NCBI GenBank assembly: GCA_043228905.1
Contig: JBHGNT010000022.1
Span: 930,001 to 994,000 of the forward strand
Direction of reading: 5' to 3'
Length of the DNA: 64,000 nt
From: Azolla caroliniana
Taxonomy: Eukaryota; Plantae; Polypodiophyta
Both the position numbers and the translations under genes were made by a program. The notes under the pieces are model-generated. The model was not told where the DNA came from. It worked only from the letters and a program-made list of their open reading frames with translations, and searched no databases. Numbering within the stretch: the stretch's first letter is position 1; every line of letters starts with the position of its first letter. Shown here one piece after another: positions 25,506 through 39,400 of the stretch.

Positions 25506-27399
25506 CTAGGTCTTCGGTTCAAGAACCCACTTATCTTCTTATTTATCTTTATTTATTTTATTTCAGAATATTTAGAAGGTTTTTTGCATTTTTCAAGACT
25601 TCTTTTACACGACTATGTAGATGAATATGAACATTTCAATCTATGGTTTGAACCATGTGTCTAATGAATACTAATAATCTAATTAAACCATTGAGGACTT
25701 GAACCAAGGAAGATGGTTTCAATTGAATGTGATGATGAATATGAATGTGCATACGTTGACGAATACAAACATTTCAATATATGATTGGGACCATGTTCTC
25801 TAATGTATACTAATAATCTATTTGAACCATCGTGGACTTGAACCAAGGAATATGGCTTGTTAATGGGGTTGTTAATTATGGCACAATGTTGTGCTTTTAA
25901 AAATGCTCTATTCATAGGATATGTGCACCTAAACCTTCTAACAAACCTCATCTTCACTTTTCACAAGAAAGTACTTTATTATAGTGTGTTTCATTTAGTT
26001 TACTCAGTGCACATGTGAGCTCTTGCATGTGTGTGCATACTTGGGGATATGGCAAATTCTTCTGGGTGTGCATGCAAAACTAAATGTGTTTTGTGAAAGT
26101 GCCCTTGATGTGGTTATGTGTGTGTTTTTGTTATGACCTCGCAAAAGCAAATTTATAAGTGTGCATGAATTGAATTATGTGTGAAAATTTGTATTTATGT
26201 GAGTTTGTGCATATATGTGTTAAGTATTTTATGTGAAAGTGTGTGTTTGTGTGTATTTGCTTATAATTTAAGGGGGAGGGAATATACTTTACAAGTGCAC
26301 ATTGGAACATAAAGTTATCACACCTTTTTTTCTTGAGTGTTAGATATGTAGGCTCCATGGGAAATAGGTAAACAAGTGAACCCTTAAAGGCTCACTATTG
26401 AGCCTAGGGTCTAGGGGAAGGATTGGTGATGTTGTCTACAATAGCTGATAATGAGGTCTTGAGGAGCAGTACCCATCCATGCTCACATAGTTCTACCTCG
26501 TTCCTTTACCATGTAGAGGGCCACACACAGAATAGAACCCATCAGGTTATACTGTGGCGAGTTCCCACAATAGAACTCTTTCGGTCCTATCATGTGGCTT
26601 ATACATGACAAAAGATGTTGAGTTTTATGTGGGCTCAACATGATAGTTCAAACCTTGGTTTTATTGCGGGTTACATGCAATGGGTTCCACATGAGACAAC
26701 CTTCCAAGTTCTCTCATACATCCACCTCAAACATTTTCCTCCTACATTCACCTCAATTATTTTCCTACTATGCTCGCATCGACCATTTGGCTCCTACATT
26801 TGCCTCTTAAAATGAGTTGCCACAAAAATGTGGTTTGAACTAAGACACACTAAAAGAGGGGGAATCTCACAAGAGAACTTATGGAGGGGATTTAGAGGTC
26901 CTTCTAACTCATCTTCACATCCTCCTTGGTCCAAGACCCTAACCGTCCTACTTGAGTAACACATGCATGTGTTTTAGGCGACATCTTTCGTGAATGCAAT
27001 GTGAAAGAGCAACATGCGAAGTAAAAGATGAAAGGAGAATGTTTAGCTGAGGTAATGGCAATGGCAATGAACCGGATGATGTAGGAAAGGAAAACATGGT
27101 TGGACTGGATAGAGCCATTGAAATGATTGTTAGAACATCTAGGCGATTCAACGGAAAGGACATCTCTAGGTGCTTAAGAGTCTTATAACATTGAGATGTT
27201 AATGAGAGACATTGTAGTGGCAAGGCAACTGATTAGCTTTGCAAGGGTACTAGTGTTGAGTCTCCATACAAAGATACTAGAGATGCAAGCAGAGCACCGC
27301 AACCAAGCAGAATTTGAGGAGGGCTACTTGAAGTGTTAAAGGCATTACAATAATTTTTCCCGTGGTAAATTGTATTATAGTATTCTACACACGTGAATA

Positions 27400-28655
27400 A
27401 AATGTGAGGGTTAATCGACAAAGTAAAGAAGGGTGCCGATCCACCCGACCACCTCTAAGTGAAGGCATCGAGATGGACTTGAGCCTTGATTGACATGTCA
27501 TACCATCGCCATGGTATCGAGTCGTACCTATTACTAACGCGCTCGCTACTTGAAGAGTACGACCTAAACAACTCATTAAGTTTGTCTAAGAAAGATCTAA
27601 TGGACAAGGTTGAGCTCTCTTGAAAAGGGAGAAACACCACCACGATACTTCAAGAGTTTGAGAGGCATTTCACGTACTCAATAGGACAGTGTTGGACACG
27701 ATTAAAGTCTAATCGTTCCTCAAGAAGATAGTTGTATGAGATACAGAGAAGTTGAGTCTCCTGATTAAGAATGAAGAAAAACTCATAATAGATTGGGACG
27801 CAATCAAGAGATTGTGTAGTCGCTTCGACAAGCGACAAGAATGGTACGAAGGTGGTTTGTTGAGCGGCCAACCTCCTATAGGGAAAGAGCCTTGTGTCAT
27901 GGAGAACACCAAAGCCATGGAGAGAAAGAGTAGAGCAAACATGAGCCAAGGGCCCACAACAAATGTGGCGGCGGCTGAAGGATCGGCGATTGATGAGCTC
28001 ACAAAGATGGTGAGGAACCTTGAGGTAGCCTAAGCAAGGAGAGATGGTGGATATCCTCCTCAAGATTGATGACCTGAATTCGTGATAAGGTGCTTGTAGA
28101 GCGATGACCCTGGCCACCAAAGAAGGGAGTGTGAGGATGTCTGAGTGGCCTAGTGAAAGATTGTGGTGTATTTTGTAGGCAATAGGGTCCATTCAACGGA
28201 AACATGGAGAAAATAAGGGCTAAACCAAGCGTGAGAAGGTGTGAGAAGGTATGGAAAGACTGATGGAAGACGCCAAAGCCATCCACTACTCGCCATTGGT
28301 TGGAATCCAAGTATGGAAAGAAGCAACAAGCCAAGACCAAAAAGAAGTTGATTCTGACCATCCATCCTCGGAAGTCTCAAGAAGGTAAAGCTCTGAAAGA
28401 AGGAAGTGAATCAAGCCAAGAAGATAAAGCTCCGAAGGAAGGAAGTGGACAGGATGTAGAGATGTAGTTGAAGAGAAAACGGGCTTAGTGGAAGCTTCCT
28501 ACTAGAACTACGGAGTTCTGGTTGAAGAACAAGATGTAGGGGAAAATGGGGACATTGGTCCCCCAAAATGATACAACACCCAAGAAGCTTGAAGAAGGTA
28601 GGAGCCAATTCTAGCCCTAGCACACGACAAGAAGGGAAAGGAGAAGGGTGGCCTA
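27400..28655 (+). pseudogene. Old gag relic of the gypsy-A family (outermost host of the nest)
   Basis: DWDAIKRLCSRFDKRQEW and GSAIDELTKMVRNLEVA match A gag DWAVVKRVCSRFDKRLDW and GAALEELTQMVRDLQIA. Confidence 0.75.
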
Positions 28656-29798
28656 TGTCACATACAAGTAGAATAGAGTAAAACCAAGACGAGACTAAAT
28701 ACCAAGAGAGACAAGAGACAAGAAAGAGAACAGGAACTTAATATATACTTCCATAACTGGTGTTGTTCACCTCGTCGATTGGAATCAAGGTACACCCAAG
28801 TATTTATACAAGAAGGTGGAGGTATGCATGGAAGCTAGGAATATCCTAGAGAATGCATGAGGATGCATCCAAGCAAGGAAACTTCAGAGAATGCATGAGG
28901 ATGCATTCTCTAGAAGTTTCTAGAAAGTTCTAGATTTTAACATACAATGCATCAAGTTGCATATTATAGAAGGATGCCCCGATGGATGTACCTCAGTTGG
29001 TAAGGTGGAGGTATGCATGGAAGCTAGGAATATTCTAGAGAATGCATGAGGATGCATTCTCTAGCAATTTCTAGAAAGTTCTAGAGTTTAACATACAATG
29101 CATCAAGTTGAATATTATAGAAGGAAACCCAGATGGATGTACCTCAGTTGGTAAGGTTGCGTAATGGAGACCATGATGTCTTGGGTTCAACCCCTACATT
29201 CTATAGTGTAATCACATGAATTTAACCTCATGTAAACACGTTGTGACATTATCCTCCCTCTAAGGCCACTTCCCAAGACCTACAGCCGGCTGATGTGGGT
29301 ACCATTGATGAAAATCTCGAATGGCCTCTAGATTATTTTGTAAATGCATAACCGGTTCCCAAGTGACCTCTGAAATGGGGTAACCATGAAAATCTCGAAT
29401 GGCCTCTAGATTATTTTGTAAATGCATAATTGGTTCCCAAGTGACCTCTGAAATGGGGTAACCTTTCCATAAGACCAATTATTGAAGTTGTCGACAATGC
29501 AAGCGGGAGTTGAGGATTTGGTGAACCTTGTACTTCTCCCTTGTCGACAACTCCACGAGTGGCGGTGGAGGAGGTTGTCAGCCAGGAATTTGAGAAGGAT
29601 GGTAGAGTTCAACGAGGGAAACGTGGAAAACATTGTGAATCTTGAATTCTAGGGGAAGTGCTAACTAGAAGGAAACTTGCTTGACTTGCTCGATGATATT
29701 GAAAGGGCCTAACTTTTTGTAGTCTAGTTTATCACAAGGACGTGTGGTGGTTACCTGGCGATAGAGTAGCCAAACCATGTCACCGACTACAAAGGGCG

Positions 29799-30143
29799 TG
29801 TTACCCGTAAGAATATACGGGGAGGCATAAGGGTATGTGTAATGAGGTGGTTGATGTGTATGTGTAAAGTAAATGAGTGTGTGAGGATGAGTATGTGTAT
29901 GGACACATGCACAATTATGTGCATGTGTACAAGGATGTGTATACGGTCTTATTTATAACGGTCATGTAACCGTTACATTGGATGTATTATATAAACCCCC
30001 TATGGGGTATGTAATGATATATACATTTTTCCCCTCTCATTTTGTGTCACTTTCAATTTGTGTCTCTCTAGTTCTCTCACTATCGTAACCCCCTTGGGAG
30101 AGGGGTGAAGCCATTCTAGGTTTCACCCCCCACCCCAACAACC
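29799..30143. mobile_element. Solo LTR (~345 bp) inserted in F integrase, TSD GGGCG/GGACG
   Basis: Starts TGTTACC and has a TATA-like box at ~29988. Removal restores ADRHRLAAPPFVVGDMVWL. Confidence 0.65.
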
Positions 30144-30325
30144 GGACGGTGCAGCCAAGCGATGACGATCGGCATGATCCTTATACCGGTTGCCAGTGAT
30201 AAGGAGCTCAAGGGAGAGGTCGCGATGTACATCTTGTAAAGTGCGGGCACGCATCTCTACCAACGGTGTCGCATTGTTACGCACATACGTGTAGAAAGGG
30301 GCGGGACCACAGGGGGTCTTGGACC

Positions 30326-30364
<39 letters not shown>

Positions 30365-30959
30365 CACGGACACGTAGAAGCGAGAAAGAGAGATATAGAA
30401 CGTAACACTTAATTATAATGACAAGGGATTACAAACTCCGACAGTTACAACCGACAAAGCGGCGACGGACCCGACACGGGGACCCTACTCACGCACACCG
30501 ACGACAGTCACACGACTCAAAGAAACAAAAGGGGAAAGGGAGCGACTCAGTTGGAAGCACACGGGCTGTCCACGAAGCAGAGGCAGCGACCTCCCAACAC
30601 CCGCAGAGAGCGACGATTCCAGTCCAAGAGAGAGAGAGCTCCGCCTTCCGTTCTGCAGCAACCCCTCTTTCTTTTCCAACGCGCGATACCCGTTTTCCCT
30701 TGTCCTCTTCCCTTTATTCCCTGTCCCTCTGACCGGGATACGCACAATCCCCACCCTAATAAATGCGTGCGGCTTAGTATTTACATCCACCGGTTCGTGT
30801 ACAAATAACAAGTCACGCGTCCATCCGTGTAAGGGCCGGTTTATGCACTTTCTCTCCGATTCCGCCTATGGCCGGTTTTCTTCACGACATCCACCCCCAC
30901 CAAACCGTGCATCCACTGGTATGTGCTAGAGACGGGTAGATATCGAAGAAACCCGGCCT

Positions 30960-33900
30960 CACTCGTTGCTCTCCGATTCTCCGCCGGACCCGAACTGATC
31001 GTCGTTGTCGCTTCGGCTCGTAGGCTCCGGCTCGTCTTCAAACCGTTTTTGAAAGCTTTGATCCGCTTTCCGGCCACCGGCACCGCTAACCGTGTCCCGT
31101 CGAGTTCCGCGAGGTGGTACGTGCTGTTGCCGTTCGCGCTTGTCACCATGTAGGGCCCGAACCATCTCCTAGCAAACTTTCGCACCGACTTGTGCTGATT
31201 GTCGAGGCTACTGTCGTATACCAAGACCCAGTCGCCTTCCTCGATCTTCTTTGGTCGCAACCGGTGCGTCCAGTTGAACCGGGTCTTGTTCCGCTCCCTT
31301 GCTGCTCACAACTTTTCCTTCGCCTGTATCACGTCCTCCGGGCTCCGCTCGAGTTGCCAAATCCGCGCTGCCAGCAACTCCTCCAGGCTCATTTTGTCCT
31401 TCCAATCTACCGCCGCCCATGAAGAAACCGTCCGTTCCACCGGCATGATCGGCTTTTGTCCGTACATTAGCTCCACCGGCATAAACCCTGTCACCGAACT
31501 GTGCGTAGTCCAGTCCGCCCATAGCGCGTAAGGAAGGAGTCGCGGCCATTTCCCGACCTGCCCACCGCATGCACGCACCAACGCCTTTACAATCGGTTCT
31601 TGCCCACGTTCCACCTTTCCGTTCGCCTCCGGATTGTACGCCGTGGTGAGGGATAGTTTGACGCCTAGCCGGTCGAACAACTCCTCGGCCTCCCGCGCAT
31701 CCAGCTCTCCCCGGTCCGCCACGATCCTCCCGACACACCCGTACCAACACACTACTTCTTCGATCAGGAACTGGCATACCGCCACGGTTGTCTTGCTTTG
31801 CAGTGCACGGCCTTCCACTTAGTTCGTTAAGTCTTCCCGTGCAAGCACCAAGTATCACATCTGTCCTACCCCCATCGGCATCGTCACCAAGTCCACCATC
31901 CACTTGAAATGGACCGTAGGCGAGTAGGTCGGGTGTAGCTCGTCCCGGTGTCAGACTACGGAGTGCATCTGACACCTTTCGCAAGTCGTTACGAACCGAT
32001 GCACGTCCCAGTATAGCCCCGACCACCATTACTTCTCCTTCAGCTTCTCGAACGTGGCCCACGTTCCGCGGTGTCCGGCCCATGGGCTCTCGTGGAATGC
32101 CGCCAGTAGTTTCCCTTATTCTTCTTTCTTTGCCACTACTCGGAGTGGGATGCCGCTTCTCTTCTTTGGGTGCTTCCATATGCACCCATCCCGCAGGAAG
32201 AATCGGTACGCCTTCCTCCGTATCCGGCTCGCCTCCTCTCTCGCCCATGTTGTGTCAGGCATCATCGTCCGTAGGAACCTCCCGATTTGGAGCCACTCCC
32301 CGTCGTACCTGCTTTCGTCAAATTCGTTAAGCGCCGGAGTGTTCCCTTTCCTCGTCGTTGCGTTACCAAGTCCTCACCGACTTCTTCGTCTTCTGAAACC
32401 ATGCCGTCCTCGTCGTTGAACCTTGCCCTCGAAAGCATGTCGGCCATGGCGTTGTCCTTTCCAGAGATGTGTGACGGGAACTAGTCGTTCCTTATGCGCA
32501 AGGCTCGGCCACAACCAAGCTTAGAATGATACACTAAAAACGGGAAATAAGACGCGACACAAAGGAGAGGAAGATACACAGGAGGTTTACGTGGAAAACC
32601 CCAAACTAGGGGAAAAACCACGGCAGCCCACAGGCTGCAAACTATCACTATGTGAGAATGTACAACAGTGAGTTCACTGAGGCAACGACTTTGTACTCAC
32701 AGATCTTCGCCGCAGGCGGCGGTTACAACAGAGGCAACAACCTCTTTCTCTCTCTCTCTCTCTGTACACTATTACGTGCTCTCTCTTCTTCTTGCACCAA
32801 CAAGGAAAAATGACAACAACCACTCTACAAGTTTTCCCTAAGTCATATTTATACTAATATGACTTTTCGGCTATTTACAAATGTAGTCTCGATGGGCTCT
32901 CAGAAAACATATTTACGAATATGTCTCTTCATCCGGTTCTCACCGGGTCTGTACCATCCGACTCTCCGTAGCCGAGTACTCCTCATCCAGTTCATACCGG
33001 GCCTGCACCATCCGGCTCTCCGTAGCCGAGTACTCCTCATCCGGTCTCGGCCGAGGCCGATAACTGATTACCCACCCGATCCCAGTCGGGCTGGTGTCCA
33101 CCGTTACGCAGATGGGAACATCCTTGCCGTAAACCGCTTTACGGAGAGCGGGCGCTGCCGTAAGCGCCTCCTTTAGTCTCCGAACCGACTCTGTGTGCTC
33201 CGTCCTCCACTCAAAGCTACGCCCCTTTTTCAATAGTCCGTAGAGGGGTTCCGCGACATGTGCGTAGTGCGGGATCCAGATGTGGTAGAACGCGCATGCC
33301 CCCAAGAATCTACGGACCTCCGTGACCGACCCGCAAACGTTCCTCATCGCGGAGATGGCCTCTACCTTTGCTGGAGACGGTTTCCTACCGTAAGGCCCGC
33401 ACAGGTGTCCGACCACCAAGATCTCCGACTGTCCGAAGGCCGACTTTTCCCCGGAGAAGGTGAGCCTCGCGCGCTCTAGTCTCTGCAGCACCTTCTCGCA
33501 GTCATCAATGTGGGACGCCACGAAATTCCGACATCCGTCCGGCCCAATTGCCTCGTCCCTTTTCTCCACCGGGCATCCCTTGATCGGGATGTCATCTAAG
33601 AACGGCATGGTGATGTCCGGGATACAATCCCTCAGCACTTTGTTCATCGCGTTCACCATGTGAGCCACTGAGTTCGTCCCTCCTTGTGGCAGGGTACACA
33701 TCCGCACTAGGCCGAGAGGAATCCGCATCGTCATAATGTCTCTGCTCTCCACGGCTAGTTGGAACTGATTGTACCCCGAGTACAGATCACCGACAGAATA
33801 GATCGACCTTCCAGCGAAGGCCTCCGCGAACTCGTCTATGGTCGGTCCGATCCCTGCATTACGGATGGTCACCTTGTTGACCGGTTGTAGGTCCTGGATG

Positions 33901-34760
33901 AAGCATTGCGTGCCGTTCTTCTTCGGCACCGTAAACCACCGATTCGAGTACGGGGCACTCGACGGTTTGAGGATGCCCATCTCCACCTTTTGCTTTAGGA
34001 GATCCATCAACTTCGGGATATGAGCTCTTGGCACCGGAATCAGCTTGAGATTCCATGGTACATGCGGTACCGTGAAGATCACCATCGGTTCGACAACTGT
34101 TGAGTCTACACACCCGATCTCCTCCGGTGAGAATGGGAAAGCCTTCTCGTGCCTCCCGAGCATTCTTCGAAACTGGTCCTCCTCCGCTAGTAGTAGGAAG
34201 CCGCCCCCACCGACCTTGAGCTCCCGTAGCGTTATGTCGGTGAACCGGTGCCCTATGCCAGCCGGATTTCGTAAACTTGGGTCCGACGCGACCCCTTTCC
34301 TCCGCTCCTCGCTGCCCTCCAACAAGGGTGCCGCGACTGGCCTCACCTTCCAGTCCACAGTCTTGTATTTCGTATCCACGCGGGTCATCCGATCCGACCC
34401 GATCCTTTCCCCGAAGTCTGCGATGACTTCGTACATTCCCATTGACCCCACCAGAACGGTCCAGTCTTCCCTAAGGTCTTCACCGATCACCTTTCGTAGT
34501 TCGCCTAAGGTGTCGTCAAAAGAGACCGCCTCCACGGCGCCGCTGATGCCCTCGTCGGGGAAGAGGACTCCGCATCCCCTGAGCTGCTCCTCCGCTCGCT
34601 TCCTCTCCCTGCCGCTGACGCTGGTTATGGTACAACCTCCGCTGTCGGAGAACCAAAATTTCCTACCTATGGTACAGGTCTTCTTCCGTACTATACATTT
34701 GTGGGGTTCTTCCCGGGTGTCCGGACTATCGCGGCCCCACGCCTTGATAGCCCTCTCTAA
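30960..34760 (-). pseudogene. Element A pol (RT, partial RNase H, integrase), disrupted
   Basis: RT: WFTVPKKNG, DLYSGYNQ, LPQGGTNS, PFLDD. RNase H core replaced by a copia LTR. Integrase YNPEANGKVER and WFGPY, with frameshifts. Confidence 0.88.
32470..33064 (-). mobile_element. Solo copia LTR related to element D, replacing the RNase H core of element A
   Basis: Shares GTTTACGTGGAAAACCC..GGAAAAACCACG and CCTAAGTCATATTTATACT with the D LTR. It has an internal 54-bp tandem repeat. The host jumps from GIGWVI to HISGKDN, with no TSD. Confidence 0.8.
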
Positions 34761-34766
34761 AAATCC
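34701..34766 (-). promoter_or_regulatory. Predicted -1 ribosomal frameshift signal (G GAT TTT plus pseudoknot)
   Basis: The heptamer sits immediately before the gag-PR stop. The -1 frame is open without stops into RT. Stem GGGCTATC/GATAGTCC follows a 6-nt spacer, and loop GTGGGG can pair with downstream CCCCAC. Confidence 0.7.
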
Positions 34767-36421
34767 CCTCGGGTTTCGCTGCCGAGGGCCTCGCGGTTAC
34801 GCTCGTGGTTTGGTCGCACCGTTAGGAACTGGACCGAGTGATGCCCGTCCTGGCTCTTGACTCTTGCATAGGCTGAACCATTGTCCAGCACCTTGGTCTC
34901 CATCCGTGCCGCCGTGATATATGGCTCTCCCAGTATAACCGGATGCGAGGACGTCTCCTGCACGAAGAAGTGTTGGTCGATCTCGACATCGCCGATTTTC
35001 ACCCGTACGTTCGGACAGGCCCCATGTAGTTCTTCCGTGGCGCGCGTCGCTACCCGTATCTTCCAGCCATGCTTGGTTTTGATCGGCCATTTACCCTTCT
35101 TGTAGAAATCCATGGACATCAGGTTGATTTCGAATCCATGGTCTACCAACGCCACCACCAGTTCCAGAACATTGCCGATCCGTACAGGGGTTTCCATAGT
35201 CGCCTTGGCCCAATGCGGCTTCGTGTAGTGGCTTCCCGCCAGCTCATCTTCCAGGGCTCCGTCTTCCAGGTGCGTGGTCCGCATTTCCACCGGCTTCTCC
35301 GGTTCCGGCTCCGTCGAGAGCCTCTTCCGCTTCACCAAGTCTATGATAGAGTCGTGGAACTCCCTCTTGGCGATTCCCAACACCTCCCGCAACGACAGCT
35401 CCACTTTACTGTCGAGGATTCGCTCTTCAAGGACCTTCCGTAGGTCCGTTGCTCTCTCGATTTCGGTGCTCAACCGAAACCCCGCCTGCTTCTTCCCATC
35501 CGGCACGCCTGGATTGCCGGCACCGATCGGTTTCGGTCCGAACCGGGTCTCATACCTCGGGGGGCCAACCCCTCCGGCCTTTCCTGCCCGTTTGTCCTCC
35601 ACCAGAACCTCGTAGTTCTGGCAAGCGGCTTCTACGAAGCTCGTTTTCTCTTCAACTGGATCGTCCCAACCGGTGACCTCCTGGACCCGTTGTTCCGTGC
35701 GGTCCGCCTTTTCCTTCCTCAGCCGAACTCCGGAGAGGCCTTCTAGCACTAGCGGCCAGAATCCCGAGTCCTTCGCCTTCCGGGTCTCATCACCCCCGAC
35801 CCGAATTCCCGCCGACACTGAGTAGTTAACGGCTTCGACGTGCCGTGCCGCGGCCTCTTCCATCAACCTCTTCATTCCGCCGCGCCCCGTATTCAGTTCC
35901 AGGGCTCTCCGGGTCTCGCTCGTGTGCACCCGCCCGTTCCAGAGGTACACCACGTTGGTCCTGAGCGCGTCGGCGAAATCCGCGCAATCCTTCCGAATGT
36001 GACCGTGTTACCGGCCGGCAAGGAGTCCAAAATACGGAATTAATTAGATGGTTGTAAATGAGCATAGTGTGGACGGACGGACTGGAAACGGTATGCCGTT
36101 CCAGATCCGGACGGATCCCGAATAGGTGCGAGAGACACCGTTTTGTAATACGGGCCGGAAACCTATTTAAAGGCCCGGACCCCATTGTAATGACAGCGGA
36201 TAATTAATAGAGCTTATGATGTTTGTATTTCTGTCTTGATTTCCGTTCTGTAATTACTGTTATATCTTACGCGTGTAATTAACCAAAGCAATCTAATCGT
36301 GTAACCTACGTAAGTCGGTGTAATCGTTGAATCTTAATCCTATGCCGTAATCACCCTTTGGTGAAGTGTCTCCGTGACACCTTGTGTTAGGCCTTGTCCG
36401 GCTAAGAGAATAACACAGTTT

Positions 36422-36433
36422 TGGCGACCACGA
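36422..36433 (+). promoter_or_regulatory. tRNA-Arg-type PBS of element B
   Basis: TGGCGACCACGA lies 6 nt after the LTR and is identical in element C. Confidence 0.7.
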
Positions 36434-36466
36434 TTCCTGCTTTCTCGCAGCGAACGACGGTAATGG

Positions 36467-39400
36467 ATGACTAGACCAACGCACGACTTGGTTACAGACC
36501 GAGCTCGACGCATCGCCGAACGGCAAAGACGGCGTGAGACTTTCCAGCAAGCAGCGCAGGAAATTCGCTCGGATCGTTCGTTCTCCAACGAGATCCGGAG
36601 AGTCGCGGAGGAATCTCTCCGGTTACGGCAAACTCGCAACCAGGACGACGGAAGCAGTCTAAGTAGTCTCCGGGAAACCGAACGACTCCTGGAGGCGCTG
36701 GCAAGCGGAGAAAACGAGGCAGAAGCATTTTCAGCCTACGAATCGGATTCCGAAGGGGGATACAGCGTGCACACGAACTACCGGAGCAGCAACGATACCC
36801 CCGGCGGCCCGGAAGACGACGGGTCGGATACCGTGCCGACTCCAGAACCGGAACCGCGCAACCAGGGCTATCCGGAACCGCAAACGGAAGCCGTCAACCC
36901 ACCAACACCGGAAGTGGAAGAAGCAAAGCCACCAACACCAACGAAAGAGCCGGCAAAGGTACCGGAAGAAGAGCCGGACAAAGGACCGGCAAAAGAACCG
37001 GAAGTGAAACCGGAGAAAGAACCGGAAAGATATCAACAAACGCCACTAAACCTCTGCTTAATACTGGACGACGACATGCCGTTCCAATACTCAAAGTACC
37101 GCGATGATCCGGATGCGGAAGCGCATGTGGATGACTTCGAGCAGACATGGGAAGCAAATCACACGTCCCAGCGAATGACACCGGAGGAAGAAGAGCGCTC
37201 GAAGATAGCGGAATTCGGAGTCACGTTGGAGGGACCAGCGACACGATGGCGGCGGTCGCAGGACCCGGCGACCATCACAACATTTGCAGAATTAAAAGCA
37301 AAATTCTTGCATTTTTTCCACAAGGAGGTCGACCAGACGACAATGGTGGGGCTGTTTTATACGATCCGGCAGGAGGCAGGGGAAAGCATTCCCCAATTCG
37401 TCATCCGTTTCCAACGAATGCATAGCCAGCTTGCCCGTGCACCCCCGGAGGAGGAATTACGGACGATATTTTTAAACGCACTCCGGGAACCGTTACGCAC
37501 GGTGTGTACGGTGATCGACTTTCGAGGATGCACCATCGATCAGGTCATTGATCGGGTCAGAGAAATGGAAAAGACAAGCTCATGGCTTACGCTGGGAACA
37601 CTGCAACGGGCGTTACCCACCGAGGAAGATCTCCGGTTCCGGCAGGCAATTCAATGCACAATCTGCTTGAATGCCGGACACTCGGCAGTAGAGTGCACCA
37701 TGCGCACTCAGTGTGTGATTTGTCAATCCAAGAGTCATACAACGGACCGGTGCGAGTACAACCTGTTAAATCGACAAGCACCACCCGTCCGACGGATCGA
37801 GCCAAGAAGCAGCCGAGACGAAGATGACGATCGTTGGCAAAGAGGGAACCGGTACCCACCGGCACAGGATGTCCGGTACGGAGACAGGCAAGAGAATGAT
37901 GGCCGGTACGGGAATCGGCGTGATAACTACGACCGGTATGAGCGATCGGACCGTTATCGGGAGCCCAACAGGCGACACGAGCAATACGACAGAGACAATT
38001 CCCCTGGTTACCGAAGGCACCAGGAGGACTACGGCCGATTTTACGATCCACCACGACCGGACTACCGAAATAAACATAAGAATAATAAGAAACGGAATTT
38101 CAAGAAAGGTGGTCACCCTAGGGACCCGGAACATGGAATCCCAAGGAGCCAACCGGCACAGAACGCACCACTCGCTACGGGACCAACTCCGGCTACCAGC
38201 AATGCTGAATCCAGCAATACCCGTAAAGAGTACTGCTACTACTGCAGGCAGGAAGGCCACTACAGTAACCAGTGCCCGGTAAAGAGCTACGAGAAACGAC
38301 CAGCAGTTAATATGGTGGTTCCGGAAGTGACGGATGTACAGCAAGTAACCACACGGTCGAAAGGCATGGCCAAAGAGTGGGAAACACAAGAGGCCATACG
38401 AAGGCAGGCGACGGAATGGGTGAAGGAAGCCAATGAAAAGAACGTCGCGGACGCGGAACGGCAAAAGGCAAATACCATAGGGAGTGCCGGCGGTAGCCAC
38501 CCAGAAAACGAGACATGGCAAGCACTGCAAGAATGTCAGATCACGTTGCCGTTAGGAAGACTCTTGCAGCTCGTGCCGCGATTTACGGAAGGGCTCAAAA
38601 CGGGCATGACAGACGGCATAGCCCCACCAGCACCAGTCCTCTTCTCGAACCCGGAAGAGGGACCGACGGTAGTGGACACTAGCAGTCCGGTGATTACAGC
38701 TATTGTCAAAGGGCACGAACTTCCCGGCACAGTAATCGATGGAGGTTCCGGGGTGAACGTAATAAGCCTCCGTACGTGTGATGCCTTGGGTATACATGAA
38801 TGGGAGCCATGCCCGTTTTGGCTACGGATGGCGGATACGAGCTCTGTACGGCCGACGGGCTTAATACGGAAATTGGAAGTCACCATAGGAGGCCACACAT
38901 TTCACATCTCGGCTGTAGTGCTGCAGCTACAGGCGCAAGGCGCGTATCCACTGCTGCTGGGCAGACCATGGTTGAAAACAGCACACATCAAGCAAAATTG
39001 GCGAAAAAATATGATTACCTTCCGGCGCGGAAAAGCCAAGGTCCGGGTACCGACACAACCACGGACGAGCAACGGTAAGGAATGCACACCGCTGTATGCG
39101 GAATGCGTGAACATGCTTGAAGGGTTGGCAGACGACGAAGAAGCCCAGTACTTGGAGGAACATCCGAAGATCGTACCACTCTTCGAGATTGACGTAGCTG
39201 AAGCCGTAGCCGCATACTTGCCGCAGCGGGACGACATTGAAGCCGAACCAGACAAAGATGCGATTCGGGAATTACGGCAAGCACAGGAAGCGTTGGAACG
39301 GGAAATGGCCGTTTCCCAACGGGTAAAAGCATCCCAGCTCGACGAAGTGAACCTAGGAAGCAAGGACGAATCAAAGCCGGTACACATCGCCAAAGAAATG

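Noticed and set aside
23000-27300. Short ORFs in the AT-rich intergenic stretch
   Set aside because: No coherent exon chain or domain was found. It is probably old repeat debris.
31208-32248. 346-aa alternative-frame ORF over the A integrase
   Set aside because: It has no motifs and is an off-frame read of GC-rich pol.
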